Shown: piece after piece, positions 1 to 7,529 of the stretch | Layout of the letters: every line of letters begins with the position of its first letter | How positions within the stretch are numbered: position 1 is the first letter of the stretch | NCBI GenBank assembly: GCA_030667965.1 | Contig: DAOUUW010000002.1 | Coordinates: 1-63,334, forward strand | DNA: 63,334 bases | Direction of reading: 5' to 3' | From: Deltaproteobacteria bacterium | GTDB taxonomy: Bacteria; Desulfobacterota; Desulfobulbia; Desulfobulbales; SURF-16 | Notes under the pieces: model-generated | The model's input: only the letters and a program-made list of their open reading frames with translations | The model's database searches: none | What the model was told of the DNA's origin: nothing | Made by a program: the position numbers and the translations under genes

Positions 1-328
1 CAACATGGTTAAAATATAGGTTTTCATATGGTATAGGCTCTCGGGATATATCACATCTTATCAATGCTTCAGTGAATGATTTCGATTGGCAAGCAGCCAA
101 CATTTCCTGTGAGTCATCCAATCCGTAAACTTTCAATCCAACTTCGGAAAAGTGTATTGAGGCCAAACCTGTACCTATGCCTATATCAAGCAACTTTTCT
201 TCCGCGTTGACAAACTCGAAACTCATTCCAAAAATCACTTCATGCCCGTAGCTGCAATACGCTTTGACTTCCTTGTCATATTGACTTGCCAATTCTCTGT
301 AAATAGGTTCATTCGTATCTTGACTCAT
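1..328 (-). CDS. class I SAM-dependent methyltransferase, N-terminal part (3' end runs off the window)
   Basis: Manual minus-strand translation from ATG 328..326 gives MSQDTNEPIYRELASQYDKEVKAYCSYGHEVIFGMSFEFVNAEEKLLDIGIGTGLASIHFSEVGLKVYGLDDSQEML... LLDIGxGTG is SAM-binding motif I. The frame stays open to position 1. It is absent from the ORF track because no stop lies in the window. Confidence 0.6.
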   Translation of the reverse strand, partial: MSQDTNEPIYRELASQYDKEVKAYCSYGHEVIFGMSFEFVNAEEKLLDIGIGTGLASIHFSEVGLKVYGLDDSQEMLAACQSKSFTEALIRCDISREPIPYENLYFNHV

Positions 329-429
329 AATCGTTGCCTGGCTCTGACATACGTGTATTAGGGGACGTTGTTGTTTAGTGTGCAAAAAAATATTGACATA
401 TCAATGAAACCCCTGCATAAATGCATATT

Positions 430-483
430 ATGCCACGCCGTCCACGATTAGATATACCAGGTGCCTGCACCACATTAAATTAA
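430..483 (+). pseudogene. vestigial 5' end of an IS200-like / RAYT-type (COG1943, Y1 HUH) transposase gene
   Basis: ATG at 430 reads MPRRPRLDIPGACTTLN*. MPRRxRLDxPG followed by HH(I/V) is the typical N-terminus of this family. HHI can be read after a 1-nt shift (cac cac att). The frame then runs straight into the tandem repeat starting at 485. Confidence 0.4.
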
Positions 484-484
484 T

Positions 485-642
485 AATTGATTGGGGTCAT
501 AATTGATTGATTGGGGTCATAATTGATTGATTGGGGTCTAATTGATTAGGGTCAAATTGATTAGGGTCAGAGTAAAATTAAGCTTATTTTTCACCGGCAC
601 CTCAGTTAATTTTACTCTGACCCTAATTACATGCTAATTACA
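485..642. repeat. complex hairpin repeat, copy 1: five tandem ATTGATTRGGGTCA units, an 18-bp-stem hairpin, and two TAATTACA units
   Basis: Units lie at 485-500, 501-520, 521-540, 541-554 and 555-569. Hairpin arms are GGGTCAGAGTAAAATTAA (564-581) and TTAATTTTACTCTGACCC (606-623). TAATTACA occurs at 624-631 and 635-642. The core is nearly identical to 3270-3338, including the loop. Confidence 0.85.
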
Positions 643-1292
643 AGGTCTCCCAACTTTTTATAGCCGTAATTTACTGGTGAAAATGATGTTTTGTTAGAAA
701 TATATTGCCCGACTCTACCAAGGTGCGACCACCCGTCTTCGCCAGCTACTTGCTCTACGGCAGTCCTTAGTAATTTAACCAGTCCTGTATCTTGCCTTAA
801 TTCATTTCTTGATTTTTTTGAATTATCTTGATTCGGTATTTGTTCTTCCTCTTCTTCGAATTCAAGATTTTCTGTATAAATAAACTGAGAGCAGGCTTTA
901 ACAAACGGCATTGGCGTTTTTTTCTCCCCAAAACCATAAACCGTGATTCCATTTGACAATATTCTCATTGCTAATGGGGTAAAATCACTATCGCTGGTCA
1001 TTAGGGCAAAGGCATCGAGATTTTGGGAATACAAAATGTCCATTGCGTCGATAATCATCGCTGCATCTGTGGCATTTTTGCCTTGAGTGTAAGCAAATTG
1101 TTGTATTGGTTTTATTGCATGTGGATGAAGTTTTTCTTCCCAGCCCTTAAGGCTTTCATTCTTCCAGTTGCCATAAGCATGGCGTATATTTACTTTTCCA
1201 TATTTTGATAGTTCTTCGATCACACCTTCTATTGATTTATGACTCACATTGTCACAATCTATGAGCAATGCAATTTTGTTTTCTTCTTGCAC
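627..1292 (-). CDS. NYN (LabA-like) ribonuclease-domain protein with C-terminal OST-HTH/LOTUS domain, apparently 3'-truncated by the repeat
   Basis: KIALLIDCDNV...HAYGNW...ATDAAMIIDAMD...FALMTSDSDFTPLAMRI is the NYN/LabA signature. LVKLLRTAVEQVAGEDGWSHLGRVGQYI...YGYKKLGDLV is an OST-HTH start. The last codons and the stop (VISM*) are encoded by the TAATTACA units of the repeat. Confidence 0.8.
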   Translation of the reverse strand: MQEENKIALLIDCDNVSHKSIEGVIEELSKYGKVNIRHAYGNWKNESLKGWEEKLHPHAIKPIQQFAYTQGKNATDAAMIIDAMDILYSQNLDAFALMTSDSDFTPLAMRILSNGITVYGFGEKKTPMPFVKACSQFIYTENLEFEEEEEQIPNQDNSKKSRNELRQDTGLVKLLRTAVEQVAGEDGWSHLGRVGQYISNKTSFSPVNYGYKKLGDLVISM

Positions 1293-1311
1293 TATATTAT
1301 CCTTTGAAAAA

Positions 1312-1373
1312 TTCTAACGTTTCGCATAACCAGCGGGCCACCGAACTAGTCCGCTAAGCCGCAAGCGTTCTTC
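1312..1373. repeat. 62-nt imperfect palindrome filling the intergenic gap between two same-strand ORFs (AAC...GTT ends)
   Basis: Sequence is TTCTAACGTTTCGCATAACCAGCGGGCCACCGAACTAGTCCGCTAAGCCGCAAGCGTTCTTC. The outer arms AACGTTTCGC / GCAAGCGTT pair imperfectly; the inner stem is AGCGG/CCGCT. Confidence 0.5.
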
Positions 1374-1382
1374 CCGTCTGAG

Positions 1383-2339
1383 TTAATGCGCTTGTTCGGC
1401 ATTCTTATTTTTCAATAATTCACGGAATTGAGACAATGTCACCATGCAGTCTGCATGTAATGCGTAGCCCGCAAAACTAGATACATAAAACTTTATATCA
1501 AAGTTTGGTGAATAATCATATTCATCAATTTTGGTGTCATTCAATATTGTACTCAGCTTAGAGCTGCGAGGGTTATGATTAGCCAATATAAAGATTACCT
1601 CAGGCCTTTCATTGGCATCCAACTTGATCTTTATCCAGTTAGCAACCCGGTTAAAATTTAACAACCCAAGTTCATCCAGTTGGTTGAACTGAATCTCCAT
1701 CGTATCCAGCAAAGCCCTATATTTATTGCTATCTGAGATTAGTGCATTAATGTCCTGTAAATGCTTGAGCATTCCAGCATTGCCACTTAAGGCTCCATCT
1801 CCATATTTCATTTCAATCAATGCGGGTTTGCAAATACTGGTACTCTTTCTCTGTGATACGAGCCAGCGTAAAGCCAGGATATCAAATCGAGCTCCAATAG
1901 CTGTATCAGCAAACTCAATGTCTGAAATAAAATATTCGCTTTGATTGGCGATGGTCGAAAAGTTATTCTCCCTTGCAATTAATTGTTGAAACTCCCGTTC
2001 TGATTTGCTGTTTTCGGAGAAATAAAAATCCATAACTCCCTTAAGTACCTGAAATGAGTCCACCCATGCCTTTGCCAAATCTTGGTTTCCAATGGTACCA
2101 GGCAAGGCCGGGCTTGGTACTCCAGATTTATTGTATTCACTATCGAAGAATGCACTGTAGGAGCCATTGCGTTGTTCATTAACTCTCAGTATGTTGCCGC
2201 CCCGGTAATAGATATTGATGTAGTCCCTTCGAATTGAAAGCATGAGTGTATGGTCCTGCTTTACTCGTTCGAGTATAGGATGCAGCAAGCCACCCGAGTT
2301 CAACAGGTCATTCATAAAAGTTTGAGACAGTGCTCTCAT
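1383..2339 (-). CDS. hypothetical protein, possible PD-(D/E)xK-type nuclease fold
   Basis: A 318-aa ORF whose start abuts the stop of the upstream MBL pseudogene. It contains a candidate D...ExK arrangement (ISDIEFAD, ARFDILALRW, PALIEMKYG). I do not recognise the family. Confidence 0.55.
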   Translation of the reverse strand: MRALSQTFMNDLLNSGGLLHPILERVKQDHTLMLSIRRDYINIYYRGGNILRVNEQRNGSYSAFFDSEYNKSGVPSPALPGTIGNQDLAKAWVDSFQVLKGVMDFYFSENSKSEREFQQLIARENNFSTIANQSEYFISDIEFADTAIGARFDILALRWLVSQRKSTSICKPALIEMKYGDGALSGNAGMLKHLQDINALISDSNKYRALLDTMEIQFNQLDELGLLNFNRVANWIKIKLDANERPEVIFILANHNPRSSKLSTILNDTKIDEYDYSPNFDIKFYVSSFAGYALHADCMVTLSQFRELLKNKNAEQAH

Positions 2340-3240
2340 TTATACCTCCCACCATTCGCCATCATTATGAGCCTCCACATGGGGGAACAGCTCAGGATAT
2401 TTCTCTGGGAAAAAACTGTGAATCGGGACTACGTTGCGCGGGTTAATCGCTGATACCAGCTTTTTAAGCTCGCCCGGGACTGGCGTGCCCCGAGGTATGA
2501 ATGTTATGTTTTGGAATGGAATTCCGCACAAGCCAGTCTTTGACCATATCGTAAGCACCCTGTTCCCAGTAACCTTCCCATTGCGAGTAGATGTAGATCG
2601 CCCCGGAAAGGCAATCTCCTCGCTCAAGGTCAAATCGGTGCAAAGGGCGGAAAAGCAAGGTCGTTTTTTGGGATATCTGTTGAAGATCTTCAATAAATAT
2701 ACGATTTGCAGAGTGGCGTTGCAGCAAATCGAACCAAGCATTATTTTTAATCTGTACACGTTGGGCTTGGGGTACGTACAAAGCAACATCTGACCAATCG
2801 GACTGGGGGAGATTAACATTGCCTGTCGCCTCCAAAATGGCTGCTGTATAGAGATCGATAATCATCTTTCTTCCAGTTCTTTTGGAAGCCCTGAAAATTG
2901 AAACGATACGGTCAATATTCTGGCCTGATGTGTGGATTAGCGCCAAACCTTCTGTGCTGAAAAAGAGATCTACAAACTGGTTTTCTATTTCCTTTTCCGT
3001 GGGGAATTGCTGAGAATCTGTGATACGCCCAAGTGAAGATCCTTCTAAAAGCAGCGTATCTATGTTTTGCGGCGGATTTCCTGTCAGACGTTCAAACAAT
3101 GTCGCCTTGCGGCCATGGGAACGAAAATCACCGCTGTAGAAAAGTCTTTTTCCGGCACTCTCAATCTGAAGTGCGTAAGCGTCATAAGCCGAGTGATCTA
3201 CGAGAAAGGGAGTTACACAAAAAGGACCGACACAATAATT
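2340..3240 (-). pseudogene. beta-CASP / RNase J-like MBL-fold hydrolase gene, 5'-truncated and frameshifted
   Basis: Manual minus-strand translation of 3240->3100 gives NYCVGPFCVTPFLVDHSAYDAYALQIESAGKRLFYSGDFRSHGRKAT, continuous with ORF 2464..3099. That ORF ends HNIHTSGHASPGRA*. The expected continuation ELKKLVSAINPRNVVPIHSFFPEKYPELF... lies in another frame (tail of ORF 2340..2819). The shift falls in the CCCGGG run at about 2473-2478. The N-terminal HxHxDH region is missing; the sequence is replaced by repeat copy 2. Confidence 0.7.
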
Positions 3241-3366
3241 GGGGTCAAATAATTGGCAAACAAATAATTGGAGTCAGAGTAAAATTAAGCTTATTTTTTA
3301 CCGGTTCCTCAGTTAATTTTACTCTGACCCTAATTACAATTTAATTACACTCCTCTCCTAATTACA
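3235..3366. repeat. complex hairpin repeat, copy 2 (same orientation as copy 1)
   Basis: Degenerate AATAATTGGGGTCA-type units are followed by hairpin arms GGAGTCAGAGTAAAATTAA (3270-3288) and TTAATTTTACTCTGACCC (3313-3330). TAATTACA then occurs at 3331, 3342 and 3359. The loop differs from copy 1 by only a few bases. Confidence 0.85.
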
Positions 3367-3400
3367 CTCCCAGTGTCGATACCCAGTTTCATAAAAGAAA

Positions 3401-3586
3401 ATGATTACCACTAATTTTCAGCCTCCTGCGCAAATAACTGGCGAAGAATGAGGGTGGGAGCGGATTTATCCGCGAATTTTCTGGGTTGGCAAGCAAGCAG
3501 TTCCATCTCCTTGCCAGCCCTTTTCGCGGCTAAAGCCGCTCCTACAGCACTGCACTGATGAATGGCTGAATTTCGATGGTAATCAC
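3401..3586. mobile_element. MITE family 1, full-length copy A (186 bp) with perfect 10-bp target-site duplication
   Basis: Terminal inverted repeats are (A/G)TGATTACCACTAATTTTCAGCC ... GGCTGAATTTCGATGGTAATCAC. It has an internal long imperfect palindrome (GGGAGCGGATTTATCCGCGAA / TTCGCGGCTAAAGCCGCTCCT). ATAAAAGAAA flanks it at 3391-3400 and 3587-3596. It is near-identical to 57167-57352. Confidence 0.85.
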
Positions 3587-3680
3587 ATAAAAGAAAGTGA
3601 CTAAAATTATTGTAGTTTTCATAACAGCAACCACCAAACTTTAGTCACTTCAAACTTTAGCTCACTTTAGGCACTTATTA

Positions 3681-4280
3681 TTATAAACCTGCAGCAATGG
3701 CCTTATTCAGCTTGCCGTCAAAAAGCTCTTTCAGATGCGCCTCACTGTAATCATTATCCTTGCGCAGTTTTTTGGTTGTAGCACCAAATGACATGCGTAA
3801 CTTTTTACTATTGACCAATTCAAGTGCTTTATTAATCCTGCTCTTCACCTCATCGGGGTCAATACCTTCCGACTGGCCAAGCGGACCTAATTCTTTAACC
3901 TTGGCGGTAAAATTAGTAATAAGCTTCACAAAACGGGGAGCTTCAGCGGCTGAGGCCCACTTAAGGTTATAACGTTCAGGATTGATACCGATCTCTCCGA
4001 GAACTTTACTGACAAGTGCATCAACGCCCATTGCATCGTAATTACCAAACTGGTAATGGCATTCACCGAGTTGTCAGCCACCTGTAAAAATGCCGTCAGC
4101 CCCTTCAGCAAAGCCGCGCAGGATAAAGGAGGGGTCGATACGTCCCGTGCACATGACCCGAATGGTACGAAGGTTGGGCGGATACTGGTAACGGGAAACA
4201 CCTGCCGCATCAGCTGCGGCATAACAACACCAGTTACAGAGAAACCCCAGAATTTTAGGGCTATAATCTTCCTGACTCAT
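3681..4280 (-). CDS. mvhD: MvhD/VhuD-type [2Fe-2S] subunit (methyl-viologen-reducing hydrogenase delta-like), selenoprotein with in-frame UGA at 4074-4076
   Basis: ORFs 4074..4280 and 3681..4031 are one frame joined through TGA: ...CNWCCYAAADAAG...RVMCTGRIDPSFILRGFAEGADGIFTGG-U-QLGECHYQFGNYDAMGVDALV... The U replaces the Cys of the conserved GCxxGxCHY motif. A perfect 7-bp hairpin AUUACCA-GUU-UGGUAAU (4041-4057) follows the UGA. Confidence 0.85.
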
Positions 4281-4309
4281 ATTTACACACCTAACTAAAA
4301 TATTATGTT

Positions 4310-7300
4310 TTACATTTTACCAAAAGCCTTAATCTGGGCTTCGATCTGTTCAGCGGTAAAGCCGGCCATGGATATGGCAAAAGTGGGACAGCGAGATGCA
4401 CAGATTCCACAACCCTTGCAGGACGCAGCAAGGGTCTCGGCTTTTTTCTTCTTCCCATCTTTAAGTATCTGAATGGCCTGGTAAGGACAGAGGCTGGCGC
4501 AAATTCCACAGCCGATACACAGCTCCTTGTCAATGCTTGAGACAATCGGAGCAACCGTTACATATCCCTTGACCAGCGGAATTGCCGCCTTGGCCGCTGC
4601 AGCCTGGGCCTGCACGATAATTTCGTCAAGGGGTTTGGGTGAATGGGCCAGACCGCAGACATAAACGCCATCCACGGCAAGTTCTACCGGCCGTAATTTC
4701 ACATGGGCCTCAAGATAAAACTTGTCCTCATTGATTGTCAGTTTCAGTAACTTGCTCAGCTCCTGCGTATCTTCAGGAACAATGCCGACACTCAAAACTA
4801 TCAGGTCAGGATCAATGGTGACATCTTCCCTGAGAATCTGATCAAAGAATGAAACATGGGTCTTATTGCCTTTTTTAACAACCTCGGGTTTCCGGTCGAC
4901 TTCATAGGGAATAAAGACGACACCTTTCTCCCTGGCCTCACGATAGGCATCTTCGGCATAGCCATAAGTACGCATGTCGCGATACAAAACTATTACTTGA
5001 GATGTTGGATTTATCTCTTTGATTTTAAGTGCATTCTTAACAGCCGTATTACAGCAGACCTTACTGCAGTAATTAAGGTCGTCTCCGCGGGATCCGGCAC
5101 ATTGTATCATGACGACCGAACCGGGAGCTCGATCTTTTGATTTACCGGCGAGCCTGATCTCGAGGTCCTGCTGGGTGACGACTTTTTTCACCTTGCCCAG
5201 CATGTATTTATCCGGACGATGCTCACGGCCACCTGTAGCGATGATGATGACGCCATGATCAATGGTCTGCTCGGTTTCCTTTTTCCCTTTCTGTGTACTG
5301 ACTACCGAAGAGAAATTACCGACAAAACCACTGACAGAAGCAAGCCGACTGTTGGTCAATACTTCTATTTTGTCATGCTTCTCAACCCGCTTCACCAGAT
5401 CTGCAAGCATCGTTACCGTGTTTTCACCTTGTAAGGTGTTTTGCATTAAAGCAACATGACCGCCAAGCTTGTCATTCTTCTCCACCAGGAAACACTGGTA
5501 GCCCTGATTGGCCAGACTTTCCGCAGCAGTAAGCCCTGCAACGCCGCCACCTATAATAAGTGCCTGGGAAATTACAGGAACAGTTTGTTCGGCAAGTGGC
5601 TGAATATGACAGGCCTTGGCAACACCCATGCGGACAAGATCCTTGGACTTGGCAGTGGCCGCATCGGGCTCATTTGCATGGACCCAGGAACATTGGTCAC
5701 GAATATTTACCATCTCAAAGAGAGAACGATTAAGTCCTGCGTCTTTCAAGGTCTCCTGGAAGAGCGGCTCATGGGTCCTGGGTGAGCAGGCAGCCATGAC
5801 AACACGATTCAACCTGTGCTCCTTGATCTTTTCCTTGATGACTTCCTGGGCATCCTGGGAACAACTGTAGAGGCTGTCGCTGAAATAAACAACATTATCC
5901 ATGTCAGCCACGGAATCAACAACTCCGGGCACATCAACGGTACCTGAAATATTGATACCGCAATGGCATACCCATACACCGATGCGAACCTCATCATCTG
6001 GGCCTACGGACTGCTCATCAGGATAGGATTTATGCACGATGCCCGCACCACGCTGTTTCTTAATAAGGGCAGCAGCAATCCCGGCAGCAGCGCTTGCCTG
6101 GGTGACACTCTCGGGAATATCCTTTGGACCCTGGAATGCTCCAGCGACAAAAATACCCTCTTTACTCGTGGCAAGCGGAGAAAAGGTGTCGGTTTTGCAA
6201 AAATCATATTTATTCAATTCAAAACCAGCGATACGGGCAAGATTTTTGGCACTTTTCGGCGAATCAAGCCCCACTGAAAGGACAACCATATCAAAAGGTT
6301 CAAAATGGTGACTTTCCTCAAGAGTGGAGTAGGTCAATTTGAGCTGCTTACCCCAGGGCATAACATCGGCAACCTTAGCCCGGATAAATTTAATGCCGAA
6401 TTGTTCTTCAGCACGAATACGGGCGGCATCAAAGTTCTTACCCTGGGTGCGCATATCCATGTAAAATATGGATATCTCACATTCCGGATCATGCTCTTTT
6501 GCCACCATGGCTTCCTTGATGGCATACATACAGCATACGGATGAGCAGTAACCGTTGTCGCATCCGATGTCACGGGAACCAACACACTGGATAAAGGCAA
6601 TCTTTTTAGGATGACGCTTGTCGGAAAGACAACGAACCTCACCCTCAAAAGGTCCGGAGGGATTGAGCAGCCTTTCAAACTCAAGGCTGGTGACAACGTC
6701 CGGATGTTTTCCGTAACTATATTTCGTCAAAGCCTCGTCAGGCACCTTGCCAAATCCGGGAGACATGATAACAGCACCGACATGCAGTTCGCGCTCAACA
6801 GGTTTCTGGCTGAAATCAATGGCATTACTGCGGCATACGGGTACACAGATCTGGCAGGTATTATGCTTTAAGTACAGACAGGCGCTGGGATCAATAAAAT
6901 AAGTCGCCGGCACTGCCTGGGGATAATCAATATGAATGGGGCGGGTAATTGCCAGCCCCTCATTATAGTCATCCACCATATGGCGGGGACAATACTGGGT
7001 ACAGAGTCCGCATGCTGTACACTTGTCGGCATCAATATAACGTGGGTTCAGGCGTACCTTGGCCTTGAATGCGCCAGGTTTGCCATCAAGTGCGAGAAAA
7101 TCGGTGTTGCTTAAAATTTCAATATTTGGAGACCGACCGGCCTCAACGAGCTTCGGCGCTAAAATTCAAAGAGAACAGTCATTGGTTGGAAATGTCTTAT
7201 CAAGCTGCGCCATGGCGCCGCCGACAGAAGCTGATTTCTCAACCAGATAGACATAATAGCCAAGCTCGGTTAAATCGAGAGCAGCCTGAATGCCGGCAAC

Positions 7301-7354
7301 ACCGCCGCCGACAACCATTACTGCTCCGGATTTATTTTTATCTGTGTGACCCAT
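4310..7354 (-). CDS. hdrA: large HdrA-like flavoprotein (heterodisulfide reductase subunit A family), selenoprotein with in-frame UGA at 7166-7168
   Basis: ORF 7166..7354 (..[30 protein letters not shown]) continues through TGA into [18 protein letters not shown]...[22 protein letters not shown], which is the start of ORF 4310..6979. DCSx-U-ILAPK is the known Cys/Sec position of HdrA. A second FAD motif [15 protein letters not shown] is present. The C-terminus carries 2x CxxCxxCxxxCP ferredoxin motifs. Confidence 0.85.
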
Positions 7355-7432
7355 GCTTCACTCCGTTTACGATTTCGGATTTATTATTGCGGATTAGCTG
7401 ATTAAAATTCAAAGAATCCGACATTTATATTT

Positions 7433-7522
7433 GTGATTACCACTAATCTTCAGCCAATTTGGCCGGGCTTCGTAACCTCTTGATTTATTGGTCAAAGAAC
7501 TAACTTGTCATTCGGTAATCAC
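7433..7522. mobile_element. MITE family 1, short (90 bp) internally deleted copy C
   Basis: Ends are GTGATTACCACTAATCTTCAGCC ... CATTCGGTAATCAC. Flanks are ATTTATATTT (7423-7432) and ATTTATATCA (7523-7532), matching 8/10. Confidence 0.7.
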
Positions 7523-7529
7523 ATTTATA

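Noticed and set aside
485-570. The tandem 15-20-bp ATTGATTGGGGTCA units might be a small CRISPR array.
   Set aside because: The units abut each other with no unique spacers, are too short, and are part of a larger palindromic element that recurs at 3235-3366. No cas genes are in the window.
564-631. The conserved hairpin core of the complex repeat could be an integron attC site.
   Set aside because: There are no RYYYAAC / GTTRRRY boxes at the stem bases. The stem is perfect, without the characteristic extrahelical bases. The loop sequence is conserved between copies, unlike attC variable regions.
2340-2819. The 159-aa ORF could be an independent gene.
   Set aside because: Only its last ~50 residues make sense, as the C-terminus of the MBL/beta-CASP protein. 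The remainder overlaps the real frame of ORF 2464..3099. It is treated as the downstream half of a frameshifted pseudogene.
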